NCBI GenBank assembly: GCA_041640595.1
Contig: JBEPZY010000006.1
Location: 160,001-224,000, forward strand
Direction of reading: 5' to 3'
Length of the DNA: 64,000 nt
Source: Gemmatales bacterium
Lineage (GTDB): Bacteria; Planctomycetota; Planctomycetia; Gemmatales; HRBIN36
Below the pieces are notes generated by a model. It ran no database searches. It was given only the letters and a program-made list of their open reading frames with translations, and was not told the origin of the DNA. Below are positions 22,823-33,189 of this stretch, piece after piece (position 1 is the first letter of the stretch; each line of letters starts with the position of its first letter). The translations under genes and the position numbers were made by a program.

Positions 22823-23176
22823 TGCAAGCTCCCATGCGTGCAGAAAATCAGTTTCGCCGGAAGCGTTGATTGAACTACGCGTCCGTGATTCATTATCACT
22901 TTGAGGGCAGCAAGCTGAAGCCCAACCAACGGAATCGCCAACACTAAGCGGAAATCTGAGACATCCGTGCTACTCCTATGCGCCACCGGAAGGCTGCGGG
23001 GGCTACCAATGGCTTTCCACGCCGGTTCTGGACATCACCGGAACAACGCTTGAAACCACGTACAGCTTTCACCAGCCTTTTTCGGTCCGGAATGCCAAAC
23101 CCATGCCAAAATCAAGGATGAGCGAACTGTTGCGTCATGCCTCCGTCCTTGCTTACTGCATGCCGGTTCTTCAGAG

Positions 23177-23249
23177 TGACCCCGACGGGATTCGAACCCG
23201 TGTTACGGCCTTGAAAGGGCCGTGTCCTAGGCCTCTAGACGACGGGGCC
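23177..23249 (-). tRNA. tRNA-Glu (TTC)
   Basis: GGCCCCG...CGGCC-CTTTCAA-GGCCG...GGTTCGAATCC...CGGGGTCA. Confidence 0.97.
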
Positions 23250-23360
23250 ACCAGCTGCTCATTCTCGGGCTACACACGTGACCAGAGGCGAACCATACTG
23301 GCCACCTGTGCCCTCAGGCGGATTCTTCCCGCGGCAGTCTTGGCCGCGTCAAGCGACCAT

Positions 23361-23388
23361 ATTTTAGCGCTGCACCGCTTGCCGTCAA
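23361..23388 (-). promoter_or_regulatory. Candidate sigma70 promoter for tRNA-Glu
   Basis: TTGACG-16 nt-TAAAAT on the minus strand. Confidence 0.5.
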
Positions 23389-23446
23389 CTGCTTTGCCCG
23401 CCGACTTTTCTTCACGGCACCAGGTGAGTTTGCTGGAGCACGGCCG

Positions 23447-23475
23447 TTGACGGGTTGGGCGGGTGTGATTAAACT
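23447..23475 (+). promoter_or_regulatory. Candidate sigma70 promoter for tRNA-Arg
   Basis: TTGACG-17 nt-TAAACT. Confidence 0.55.
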
Positions 23476-23562
23476 TTTCTGCGCGGTAAACGTGCTGCCT
23501 GCTTCGGGCAAGGAAGATTTCCCAGTCGGGGATTGCTGCTGATTTCAGCTTCCAACATCCAG

Positions 23563-23636
23563 GCGCCCGTAGCTCAACTGGATAGAGCAGCGGACTACGG
23601 ATCCGCAGGTTGGGGGTTCGAATCCCTCCGGGCGTA
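23563..23636 (+). tRNA. tRNA-Arg (ACG)
   Basis: GCGCCCG...GCGGA-CTACGGA-TCCGC...GGTTCGAATCC...CGGGCGTA. Confidence 0.97.
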
Positions 23637-23910
23637 TTGCGAGCAGGCGAACGAATGGATTGGCTTCGACCGGTTGAGCTAAAGCGGCATTTAGATTTCG
23701 TCATGGTGTAGCTTCTAGCCCCAGGGTGAGCCAGAATGTGGCGTTGTTTTTGTACGTTACGTTCCCCGAAGTAACACCACATCGGGACAGGAATGCGTGC
23801 TGGTTTTAGGCTGAGGAATATGCTCGTATGAGAAAATCATCTGCTCAAGATGAGTGCAGCGCGTTGGAACTTGAGATGGTTGCCGGTGAGGTATTTGGCG
23901 ATAGTTATGG

Positions 23911-24402
23911 TTAGGTAGTCTGAATGAGTGCGGCCCGTTGGAACTGTAGTCGGCGTTCGCGGAGTTGTTCGGCGATTTTTTCGAGTGCGGCTTTTTTGGT
24001 CCTGCAGCCGACCAGTTGCAGGCGTTGTGCCAGGGCCAACGCTTCATCGCGAGAGAGCTGTTTGTCCAGTTGCCGCAGGACACTGTCGAGTTGGGCGAAG
24101 GAGAACTGCGGTTGGGTAATTTGTTCTTCGAGTTGTTGCAAGGCTTGCTGGGCAGCGGCAAGTTTGCTCTCGTCGAGAGGTTTGGCAGCGCGGCTGCGGG
24201 AACGACCGGTGGGCAGGACGCCCGTGCGCTGATAGGTCTCCGCCTGGTGCAGGAAATCGGCCCACTGGGCGATGGTCCAGCCGGCGAAGGGGGCCAGAGC
24301 GGTGGCAGCGCGTTGCAGGTCGTCGGCAGCGGTTTTGCTCCCTGCAGCACGGACGGCTTCAGCGAGTGCCTGCACATATTGCTGCAATGCCGCTACGTGC
24401 AT
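23911..24402 (-). CDS. Hypothetical helical protein with a C-terminal HeH/Rho-N-like motif
   Basis: AAGGA RBS, overlaps the ParA gene by 44 nt; LSRDEALALAQRLQLVGCRTKKAALEKI. Confidence 0.75.
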   Translation of the reverse strand: MHVAALQQYVQALAEAVRAAGSKTAADDLQRAATALAPFAGWTIAQWADFLHQAETYQRTGVLPTGRSRSRAAKPLDESKLAAAQQALQQLEEQITQPQFSFAQLDSVLRQLDKQLSRDEALALAQRLQLVGCRTKKAALEKIAEQLRERRLQFQRAALIQTT

Positions 24403-25912
24403 TTTCGATATCCTTCATTCGTAGCAAGAGTCCTTGGGCCAGGTCGCGGAAGTAATCGCCCAGCCCTTGCCGGGAGCGCGTGAAAAAGGTACGCAATTCT
24501 GCTGTCGAAAACTGGGCGCTTTCGGGGATACCGTCCGGCCAGACAAAGACCGGGCCGACCCAGCTGTCCTGACATTGCTTAGGCAAACTGTTCAGGATGG
24601 CCGCCTGAGCCCGGATAGGGGCGTTATTGCGGCGTATGACGAAATTGGGCACGACGGCCAGCACCTCCAGGTGCGGACAAATCGCGGGTACGGCTTCGGG
24701 AGTGTGGTCGCCTTCAGGAAATGTTGCATCACTGCCGCGGGCCAGAATCTTCAGGGTGCGTAGCACCCGGATTACCCCGTTGGCGGAGAGCTTGTCGAGC
24801 CGCGTTGGAATCAGCACGTAATCGCAGCAGCACAAGGCGTTGATGCAGGCCGTGCTCAGACGCGGCGGGCAATCGAGCAATACGAAATCGTACTTTGGCC
24901 AGGCCGCCGGATCATGCAGAGCGCGCCGCAGGATCAGGCGGACATCCATGTCGGATCGGCCTTCGAGCCAGCGGGTGAGCAACAGCTCTTCTGTTGGCTG
25001 CAGCGTATCCTCGGCAGCGACGACGTGATAGGCACCGGACTGATCGCACCAATTGTCAGGAACGAGCACGCGGCGACGAAGCTCCTCAAAACACGGCTCC
25101 TGCAACCGTAAAAAATTGTCCACCAGCAAGCGACTTCGCCACGCCTCTTCATAGCGTGTCCCCAAACACAACGCCGAGAGCGACCCCTGATAATCCAAGT
25201 CCACCAGCAGCACGCGCAGTCCCATTTCGCACAACGCCGCACCGAGATAAGCCGCGAGCGTAGTCTTGCCGACGCCACCTTTGAGGTTGACCATAGCCAG
25301 GATGCGCATGCGTCGGCGAGTCAGCGGGACAAAGGCGGGCGAATTCTCCACTGGCTGCCGCTGCCAGATACGCCCATCGAACTGCTCCAGGCTCTGTCGC
25401 GCTTCCAGACGCTGTCGCAGGCTGTCCCGCTCCGTCTTCACCTGGTGCAACGCATCGAGATATTGCTGCTGGCTTTCCCTGGCTCCTTCGAGTTCTTCGC
25501 TGAGTGCCTGGATAATCTCACGGTCTTGCAGTTCGCGCTGGCGACTCTGTTCCAGCGCCGTCTGGGCACAGACCAGTTGCTGATGCAACTGCTGCACTTC
25601 GCGCAGCGATGCTTGTAAACGCTCCCGCAAGGAAGCGGTTTCGCTGCGCGCCTGCGTATAGCTTTGCTGAAGCTGGCGTAATTCCAGTCGCAGGTCGGCA
25701 TTCTGCTGGCGTAACTGAGAAGTTTCCCGTTCCAGTTCTTCGTTGCGGAAGCGTAACGCCAATTCGGTGTCCCGCGAACTCGGTTTGCGTAACCAGAACC
25801 AGGAGTAAATCAGCAGCGTTACCGTCGCCAGGATGCCGAGCAGGAACGCGGCGACGATTTCCGGATTCTGCCGGAGCCAATCCGTCAACAATCGCCACAA
25901 ATCCGTCCACAT
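24359..25912 (-). CDS. ParA/MinD-family ATPase with N-terminal TM helix and coiled coil
   Basis: Deviant Walker A NLKGGVGKTT, VDLDYQGS, LLDCPP; TM IVAAFLLGILATVTLLIYSWFWL; Q/E/L-rich heptads. Confidence 0.92.
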   Translation of the reverse strand: MWTDLWRLLTDWLRQNPEIVAAFLLGILATVTLLIYSWFWLRKPSSRDTELALRFRNEELERETSQLRQQNADLRLELRQLQQSYTQARSETASLRERLQASLREVQQLHQQLVCAQTALEQSRQRELQDREIIQALSEELEGARESQQQYLDALHQVKTERDSLRQRLEARQSLEQFDGRIWQRQPVENSPAFVPLTRRRMRILAMVNLKGGVGKTTLAAYLGAALCEMGLRVLLVDLDYQGSLSALCLGTRYEEAWRSRLLVDNFLRLQEPCFEELRRRVLVPDNWCDQSGAYHVVAAEDTLQPTEELLLTRWLEGRSDMDVRLILRRALHDPAAWPKYDFVLLDCPPRLSTACINALCCCDYVLIPTRLDKLSANGVIRVLRTLKILARGSDATFPEGDHTPEAVPAICPHLEVLAVVPNFVIRRNNAPIRAQAAILNSLPKQCQDSWVGPVFVWPDGIPESAQFSTAELRTFFTRSRQGLGDYFRDLAQGLLLRMKDIENARSGIAAICAGTR

Positions 25913-26259
25913 GGCCAGTACTCCCGAGGCCCATCGGTCGGCGTTGGCGCTTGTTGTAGGCAGCCGCCGTCAACGAGCAAGTGTCCTGTTCGCTAACGCT
26001 GCCGCATTCGGTAACCTGGGGTCTAGGGAAGCGGGATATTCAGTCCATGGGATGCAAGCCGCGCATAGAACCGCCGGCCGAATCGGTGAGAGCCTCGTAG
26101 GCAACGAGGGATCGGTTTCACGCTACCAATAGCACGCAGGAGCCACGAGACGACTATGCCGTGAACTCCCGTGCTTTGCTCTCTTGGTGGTTTAGCCTTA
26201 CGAGGTGGCAAGTCAGTGTAGTCGGTCGAAAAGCGGGTATGGGACTGGCCGCGACATGG

Positions 26260-26288
26260 TTGCGACACGCAGACCGAGCCGGTACAAT
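26260..26288 (+). promoter_or_regulatory. Candidate sigma70 promoter of the kinase gene
   Basis: TTGCGA-17 nt-TACAAT, then GAGGAG RBS. Confidence 0.55.
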
Positions 26289-26360
26289 ATGAGTAACTGT
26301 AGATTAAGCCTGGGCAGCGAAGCCGAGTAGTCCTAACACGCTAACCGAGGAGACCTGGCG

Positions 26361-29300
26361 ATGAGCCAGCCGGCCGGTCGTCCGCCTGGGAAACGAGTTA
26401 CCGCATTACCAGTGTCTGGTTCGAACAATCCCCAGGCCGGTTCCCCATCGGCATCTCCAGCGTCCTCCAACTCACCTCCTGCTGGTCCTGGGCTGACAGC
26501 CCAGAAAGGGCAGATGTTTGGCCAGTACCGTGTGCTTGCCAAGATTGGCGAAGGCGGCATGGGCGCTGTGTATCGGGCGGTGCACGTGCATCTGGATAAG
26601 ACGGTAGCGTTGAAAATTCTGCCGCCCAATCGTTTGCAGAATCAGGAATTGTTGGCCCGTTTCCAGCGGGAAATGAAGGCCGTTGGCCGTGTCGAACACC
26701 CCAATATCGTGCGGGCCCTGGATGCTGGGCAGGTCGGCAATGCTCATTATCTGGCCATGGAATACGTGGACGGCCTGGACGTGGCCAAGATCGTGCGTAA
26801 GACCGGGCCGTTGCCTGTGCCAGAAGCGTGCGAAATCATCCGACAGGCCGCGCTTGGCCTCACTGCTATTCATGCCCACGGACTGGTCCACCGCGACATC
26901 AAACCAGGTAACCTGATGCTGGCGCGCCAGCCCGTTGGTCCACCGATTGTCAAAATCCTCGACCTGGGTCTGGCACGGTTATCGGACATGCACTGCGGCG
27001 AGGCCGGCGGCATCGAAAGTCTGACCGCCAGCAACGTTATTGTCGGCACGCTCGATTACATGGCTCCGGAACAGGCTTCTCACCAGGCCGTGGATATTCG
27101 TGCTGATATCTACAGCTTAGGAGCGACCCTCTACACACTGCTCACGGGCAAACCGCCCTTTTCCGGCCCGCAATACGACAGTCTCATCAGCAAACTGCGG
27201 GCGTTGGCAATAGAAGAACCGCCTCCCATTCAGACCCTGCGAGCTGATGTTCCGTATGAGCTGGCCCTGGTAATCGAACGGATGATGGCCAAAGACCCCA
27301 ACGCTCGCTTCAGCACGCCGCAGGAAGTGGTAGCGGCACTCGAACCGTTCTGTGCTGGCGCTGACCTCGCGCCGCTTCTGGACGGAAAACTGCCCCAGCG
27401 CAGTCCAGCCGCTCCCGTTGCCGTGGCGCCGCCCACACCGGTCCCAGGTACGCAGACGCTATCGGCTAGCCCGGTGACAACCGAAGGCGTGGGTTTACGC
27501 GAATTAATCGGCCGTCGCCGTCGCCGCAATGTTCCGTCCTGGGTGGTCGTAGCCGGCGTGCTCGGAGCCGGGACCGTGTTACTGGTGTTGCTGACCGCTT
27601 TTTTCCTACTGCGGGGTCGTCGCGCACCGGAAGAGGAATCAGTTCGGCCGCCAGCTAAAACCTCGCCGACATCTGCCCAGACGGTAAATATGCCCGCCCC
27701 CGGTACTAAACCCACATCGCCCCCCGGCCAGCGTAAGCCGGTAACCTGGATTATTGGACGCAATATCTCTTCCATCGAGGAAGCTTTATCCAGCGCCCTG
27801 GATGGCGATACGATTCAGCTCCCTGCAGGGCAGTACGCACTTTCCGCAACGCTGGTGTTGAACAAGCGAATTACTCTGCGAGGGGATGGGCAGGACCGAA
27901 CGGTGGTGTATTCGAAGGTCCCCGGAGAGTGTGTGCGCGTAACAGCGTCCGGCGTGCAGATTCAGAACCTGACCCTGGAATATACCGGCGACCAGCCCGC
28001 GAATATTGTCGCGGTTACTGGCCAAGACTGCACTATATCCGAATGCGGCTTTCGCGGGGCGCGAGCAGTCAGAACATCAGGAATACCCCCGGTGACCCAT
28101 GGCGCGGGCGTCAGGATAACCGACGGCGCCTCGGCCTCGATAAATAATTGTTCTTTTCGGAACAATGAAAGGGCTGGGGTTGCAGTTATAAATGCTGCTA
28201 AGGCTCAGATAACAGCTAATACCTTCGCACGCTGCTTTGATGGCGTGCTTTTTTTCAAGGCCGGAGAGGGGCTACTCGAAAACAATCGCTGCGAGGATTG
28301 TAGTGCTTCCGGAATCGCCATTGAAGAAACTGGTGGGCAACTATTTGTCACTCGCAACACTTGTGCTGGAAACGCCCAGGGAATCTTTGTTCGCGACTCC
28401 GTCGCGATCCTGGACGGTAACGATGTTTCTGATAACAAGCTGCACGGGTTCGTCATCGGGGGACCGAACAAACCGACCCTGCGGCGCAACATTATTCAAA
28501 ACAACGGCGCATACGGGATCTATTGCGAGGGCGTCGTTCCGAACATAGAGCCGAACAATATCTTCTCCGGCAATAAGAGCGGGGACGTTTTTCCCCGGGG
28601 TATCTTGCAGTTGGCTGAGCCGCCGCAATCGCCGGCCCGTCCACCAGTTGCTTCCTCGGAGCCGCCTTCATCTAAGCCAACCCAGGAGGAGCAACCCGGC
28701 AAGCCCAGGGTAATTCGCACCTGGCAGGTGGGAAAAGATGCGGCGACTTTGGAAGAAGCAGTGCAGAAAGCGCAAGCCGGAGATATTGTCTTACTGCCCG
28801 AGGGGAAATTCGTGCTCGCCCGCGAACTGGTCATTGACAAGGCATTGACACTGCGTGGCGCTGGCCGCGATAAGACGCACGTCATTTCCACCGCCGCGAA
28901 TTTTGGAATCCAATTCACCGGTCAAGGGCCGTGGACGGTCGAAAATATCCAGTTTACGCATACCGGAAACGCCCCGGCCGACGTGCTGCTCGTCTCCTCG
29001 GGTGCACTCGCCATGAATGAATGTGGTATAACCGGGGGCAAAAAAGACGAAACCAGCCCTAACCGAGGCCATGGCTTGAACGTCCAGCAAGCTGACGCCA
29101 TCTCTGTGAACAATTGTGTTGTGAAAGGCGTTGATTTCATCGGTATTCTAATTGTCGGCCAGGAACGGGGGCAGTACACCATCACTTCTTGCTCGGTTGA
29201 GAATTGCGAGCGGGGTATTGTAATAAGTTCCGGCAAGTTCCAGATTACCAAATCTACCGTGGAAAAGTGTCGGAACGTCGGTATCCTGATACGCGGAGAA

Positions 29301-29855
29301 TCAACAACAGGGCAAGTGGAAGGTTCCATAGTTCGTGGAAATGGCAGCCATGGGGTGGAGGTATGCGACCGTGCCCGCGCTGGTCTGCACAAGAACCAAG
29401 CCATCGCTAATGCCTTGCATGGCCTTGCTGTTTACGACGAAGCTGATGTACATATGGAAGGCAACGTGTGTACTGGCAACGGTCACTTCGGCATCGAGTA
29501 TCACATTGATGCGAAAGGACTATGCAGAGACAACACGTGTACCCAAAACCGCGTTGGCATTGGCCTGGGCATGCGAACCACAGCCCGGGTACAAAACAAC
29601 GTTTGCAAGCAAAACAAGATACATGGCATCTGGGTCCGGGAGTCTGCCACCCCGATCATCGAGAAGAATTCATGTTTGGGAAATGGTGTATCCGGGATTG
29701 CATGTATCGGCCAATGCAGCCCGACAATAGCGGCTAACCGATGTGTGGGCAATCATCAGTACGGCATTCATATTGGCGATTCGGCCAGACCGAAGATTGC
29801 TAAGGACAACATCCTGACACCGAATGGGGCTGGGCCGATTAATCGTGCCCCATAG
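26361..29855 (+). CDS. Transmembrane Hanks-type Ser/Thr kinase with two right-handed beta-helix (pectin-lyase-like) modules
   Basis: GEGGMG, VALK, HRDIKPGN, DLG, YMAPE; TM VVVAGVLGAGTVLLVLLTAFFLL; many N-x-x-x-G-I repeats. Confidence 0.93.
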   Translation: MSQPAGRPPGKRVTALPVSGSNNPQAGSPSASPASSNSPPAGPGLTAQKGQMFGQYRVLAKIGEGGMGAVYRAVHVHLDKTVALKILPPNRLQNQELLARFQREMKAVGRVEHPNIVRALDAGQVGNAHYLAMEYVDGLDVAKIVRKTGPLPVPEACEIIRQAALGLTAIHAHGLVHRDIKPGNLMLARQPVGPPIVKILDLGLARLSDMHCGEAGGIESLTASNVIVGTLDYMAPEQASHQAVDIRADIYSLGATLYTLLTGKPPFSGPQYDSLISKLRALAIEEPPPIQTLRADVPYELALVIERMMAKDPNARFSTPQEVVAALEPFCAGADLAPLLDGKLPQRSPAAPVAVAPPTPVPGTQTLSASPVTTEGVGLRELIGRRRRRNVPSWVVVAGVLGAGTVLLVLLTAFFLLRGRRAPEEESVRPPAKTSPTSAQTVNMPAPGTKPTSPPGQRKPVTWIIGRNISSIEEALSSALDGDTIQLPAGQYALSATLVLNKRITLRGDGQDRTVVYSKVPGECVRVTASGVQIQNLTLEYTGDQPANIVAVTGQDCTISECGFRGARAVRTSGIPPVTHGAGVRITDGASASINNCSFRNNERAGVAVINAAKAQITANTFARCFDGVLFFKAGEGLLENNRCEDCSASGIAIEETGGQLFVTRNTCAGNAQGIFVRDSVAILDGNDVSDNKLHGFVIGGPNKPTLRRNIIQNNGAYGIYCEGVVPNIEPNNIFSGNKSGDVFPRGILQLAEPPQSPARPPVASSEPPSSKPTQEEQPGKPRVIRTWQVGKDAATLEEAVQKAQAGDIVLLPEGKFVLARELVIDKALTLRGAGRDKTHVISTAANFGIQFTGQGPWTVENIQFTHTGNAPADVLLVSSGALAMNECGITGGKKDETSPNRGHGLNVQQADAISVNNCVVKGVDFIGILIVGQERGQYTITSCSVENCERGIVISSGKFQITKSTVEKCRNVGILIRGESTTGQVEGSIVRGNGSHGVEVCDRARAGLHKNQAIANALHGLAVYDEADVHMEGNVCTGNGHFGIEYHIDAKGLCRDNTCTQNRVGIGLGMRTTARVQNNVCKQNKIHGIWVRESATPIIEKNSCLGNGVSGIACIGQCSPTIAANRCVGNHQYGIHIGDSARPKIAKDNILTPNGAGPINRAP

Positions 29856-29999
29856 TAAGCCACCAAGCAAGGTGAGCGATACTCGAGTTTCCCCCCAGTT
29901 AAGTTTCCAAGGACGCTGGCACCAGCTATCAGCAGCGAACAAGTAGGAATTTCGGCCCAGCTGAGCCTGCCGTTACGCGGAGTGCGGAAGCACCGAAAC

Positions 30000-31163
30000 T
30001 TACCTTCCCCAGGGGCGGCGGAAACGACGACCGGCGAGGAAACTTTCCAGCACGCCGCTCGCCAGGTTATCCGCGGAACAATACACGGCCAGCCCTTGGC
30101 ACGCCGCTGCCAGCCGCTGTACGAACCGCGTCAGGCCGAAATAGAACGGATCGTCCACCAACGCCACCGTGCTGATCTGAATCCCCTCGCGGCGACATTG
30201 AACGGCCTCCTGAATGGTCAGGCGAGCAGTTTTCTCCGAGGGCGGATACAGCAGCACCACCTCGGTGCCTTCGATATGGGCAGTGGGTTCGCCGTCGGTG
30301 ATGCACAAAATCTGCCTGTTCGCGCAAGGCTGTCGGCGTAATCGTTCGCGGGCAACTCGCAGACCGGCCTGCAAATTGGTGAAATGTTCGGGGACACGTG
30401 GCGGCGGATTTTCCAGGGAAAAACGCAAATAAACCCGACTGTCGAAAATGCTCACCTCTTTCGGTGCTGCCAGCAGCAAGGCGCGCTCTGGCAAGGGCGT
30501 GGTGAACGTGTAAAAACCGATGATTTCCAGGAAATCTTCCGGATACCTCTGCCGCACCAGTTCCCGCAATGCCAGAGCGACCCGCTTCGCCTGCAGGAAT
30601 TTGCCGAAACGTCCCATCGAACCGCTCATGTCCAATAGCACTACGGTGGCACAGCGGCTGGTTTGCAAGGTCTCCTGAACGACAAAATCTTCTTCCTGCA
30701 AACGCAGATGGGGTTGGGGACCGAACTGGCGAAACTGCTCTGCTTGCCGGTGTAAGGCGTTTTTCAGGGTCTCGTGAACCGCGACCAGCGACAGTGGGTC
30801 GCCAAACTGGTAGGGCCGTGTTTCCTCGGGTGTTACCTCTCCAGTGCCCCGCCAGCCAGTCTCGTGGCGACCGGAAGCGTCGCGCCGCTGGATGATGAAC
30901 AGATCATGCAGTGCCTTCTGGGCGATGCGTCGCAATCCCTTGACGGTGACAACGAGCCGGCCTCGCTCTTCTTCGCTGAGGTAACCTTCCCGGATGAGTT
31001 GTTCGACCAGCCAGCGATCTTCTTCGGGCAAGCGCTGGAGTTGCCGTAGCAACCACTCGCCGTGCTCCAGCAAGGCCTCGCTGAGTTGATCAAACACTCG
31101 CTCCACGGCCAGGGGTTGAAAGGCATGACGGGGATCAAAGCGTTGAAATTCAAACAGTGGCAT
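30000..31163 (-). CDS. VWA domain protein
   Basis: MIDAS motif DMSGSM, TN, ITDGEP. Confidence 0.9.
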   Translation of the reverse strand: MPLFEFQRFDPRHAFQPLAVERVFDQLSEALLEHGEWLLRQLQRLPEEDRWLVEQLIREGYLSEEERGRLVVTVKGLRRIAQKALHDLFIIQRRDASGRHETGWRGTGEVTPEETRPYQFGDPLSLVAVHETLKNALHRQAEQFRQFGPQPHLRLQEEDFVVQETLQTSRCATVVLLDMSGSMGRFGKFLQAKRVALALRELVRQRYPEDFLEIIGFYTFTTPLPERALLLAAPKEVSIFDSRVYLRFSLENPPPRVPEHFTNLQAGLRVARERLRRQPCANRQILCITDGEPTAHIEGTEVVLLYPPSEKTARLTIQEAVQCRREGIQISTVALVDDPFYFGLTRFVQRLAAACQGLAVYCSADNLASGVLESFLAGRRFRRPWGR

Positions 31164-31383
31164 AATCGGGTTTCCTCAAGCCCGGGTTTTTTCCTCGATG
31201 ATCAGTTTACCACCCTGCGGTATCGGCGACACGGGACGGGTTTCTTGTCGAACCACTTTCCATTGCGAGGCGAAAAATTCGACACAGTGAGCCAGGAAAC
31301 TGGCGGTGGCTGTTTTACCGTCCGGCCGGCGCACGTATGCCGCGAATGTTCTTGGCCAGGCCAAGCGAATTCGGCCAGCGTAA

Positions 31384-33081
31384 TCACGTCTGGCTGGCAA
31401 CGCGGCGACCCAAAACAAGCAGGGTGATATCGTCGTGTTGATGGGGGTTACCCGCGCAATGTTGTTCCAGCGCTTTGATCAGGTGTCGGGCACCCTGGGC
31501 TGGCGAGGCTGGGGGAGCGGTCTTGATTGCCTGGAGAATGCGATCCCGACCGAAATGTTCCCCCTGAGCGCTAGTAGCATCCAGCACACCGTCGCTGAAC
31601 AAGTAAACAACATCTCCCGGCATAAGCGACACCTCGCATGCCCGGTAGGTGGCATCGGTAACGATGCCGATGGGCAAACCGATGTCATCACCCGTGGCGA
31701 TCTCCTCGACGCGATCGTTCTGGTTTCGGCGGAGAATAGGAGGCAGGTGTCCGGCGTTGACCAGCACCAGTTTGTGCGACTGGGTATCGAGCACGCCCAG
31801 GGCGAGAGTGACAAACCGGTCGGCCAGGCCGGCCTGGTGCAAAGATTGATTCAGCATGGCCACAGCCAGATGCGGTGCCGGTTGCGTCAACACGCAATAG
31901 CGAACGTCGGCAGTCATGCGGGCCATCAGCAATGCAGCAGCCACACCTTTCCCGGCGACATCGCCAACTGCCAGCACCCATCGCCCATCTCCCAGCGGCA
32001 AGACCGTGTAAAAATCGCCCCCCACATAACGCGCTGCTTTGTAGAAGGCGTGAAACTCGTACTCCGGTAGCCGCGGCAATTCCGAAGGCAACAACACTGC
32101 CTGCACCTGACGGGCGAACTCCATTTCCCGTTCGAGTCGCTCACGAGTAACCCGCTCTTCATGCAGGCGTGCATTCTCCAGGGCCAGTGCTGCCTGATTG
32201 CATACCGCCACTAACAGTTCCAAATCCTCTTTGTTGAATTGCCGATTGCGATCCTGGGTGTCGAGCTGAATGACCCCGAGAATCTTGCCGTCCTGGTTAC
32301 GCAACGGTGCGCAGATCACCGAACGAATCAGGAAGTCGGCAATACTTTCGCTGGCGCGAAATTGCGAGGCAGAGCTGGCATCCTCACACAAAAATGCTTC
32401 CCCGCTCCGCACACATTCTTCAATGATGGTACGCGATGGACGAGCCGTTTCCTCGTCTTTTTCCCGGCGGCACTTCCGGGCCCGCACCAGCCAGCGTTTG
32501 CGCGACTCATCGGGCAACACCAGAAATGCTCGGTCGGCCTGGCGGAATATCTGGAATAAACCTTCCAGCACCTGGGGCAGCAGCTTTTCCACTTCGAGGG
32601 TCCGGCTCAGCGTGTTGCTGATCTCCAGTAACATGCGCAACTTATCGGCCGGCTGAGCCTGCAACAGCAGATAACTCGACTCGTCCTTCACCGCCAGCCG
32701 ACTCATCACTGTCGAACCACCGATTTCCTCCCCTTCGTCCTCTTCTTCGGGACGAAACTCGGGCGGAAGCGGCTTTGGTCGGGCTCCCTGCAAAAATTGA
32801 AATCGAAATTCGCAAATGCGAATCTCATCCTGATCCCGTAGCCGCACCGGCACCCTGGGTTCCAGGGTGTGGCCATTGACGATCGTCTTATTGCGACTAT
32901 CCAGGTCTTTGATGTAATATTCGTCCGGGCCTCGGCGAAAGATTTCCGCATGTTCCCGGCTCACTGCCGGGCTGGGAATGACCAGATGGCAGCTTGGATT
33001 GCGACCAATGATGAACGACTCCTCTTGCAATTCATAGCGTGAGCCAGCATTGGGACCTCGAACTACTACCAGGGCCGCCAT
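31384..33081 (-). CDS. FHA-GAF-SpoIIE/PP2C phosphatase
   Basis: FHA GR...SREH...SRN; GAF SVICAPL...GVIQLD; PP2C VGGDFY, GDVAGKG, SDG, DDIT. Confidence 0.94.
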   Translation of the reverse strand: MAALVVVRGPNAGSRYELQEESFIIGRNPSCHLVIPSPAVSREHAEIFRRGPDEYYIKDLDSRNKTIVNGHTLEPRVPVRLRDQDEIRICEFRFQFLQGARPKPLPPEFRPEEEDEGEEIGGSTVMSRLAVKDESSYLLLQAQPADKLRMLLEISNTLSRTLEVEKLLPQVLEGLFQIFRQADRAFLVLPDESRKRWLVRARKCRREKDEETARPSRTIIEECVRSGEAFLCEDASSASQFRASESIADFLIRSVICAPLRNQDGKILGVIQLDTQDRNRQFNKEDLELLVAVCNQAALALENARLHEERVTRERLEREMEFARQVQAVLLPSELPRLPEYEFHAFYKAARYVGGDFYTVLPLGDGRWVLAVGDVAGKGVAAALLMARMTADVRYCVLTQPAPHLAVAMLNQSLHQAGLADRFVTLALGVLDTQSHKLVLVNAGHLPPILRRNQNDRVEEIATGDDIGLPIGIVTDATYRACEVSLMPGDVVYLFSDGVLDATSAQGEHFGRDRILQAIKTAPPASPAQGARHLIKALEQHCAGNPHQHDDITLLVLGRRVASQT

Positions 33082-33159
33082 GGCTTCTTTCCCGTTCCCC
33101 AACCAGGTTCTGGTTTGTCCAAATAAGTACCCGTGCGCAAGGATGGTTGCTTTTTGGCG

Positions 33160-33189
33160 ATTGTAGCCCTTACCTCCCTGCCCTGTCAA
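33160..33189 (-). promoter_or_regulatory. Sigma70 promoter of the PP2C gene
   Basis: TTGACA-18 nt-TACAAT on the minus strand, about 80 nt upstream of ATG 33081. Confidence 0.65.

Noticed and set aside
23270..23782. 170-aa ORF and ORF 23103..23450
   Set aside because: Both run across tRNA genes
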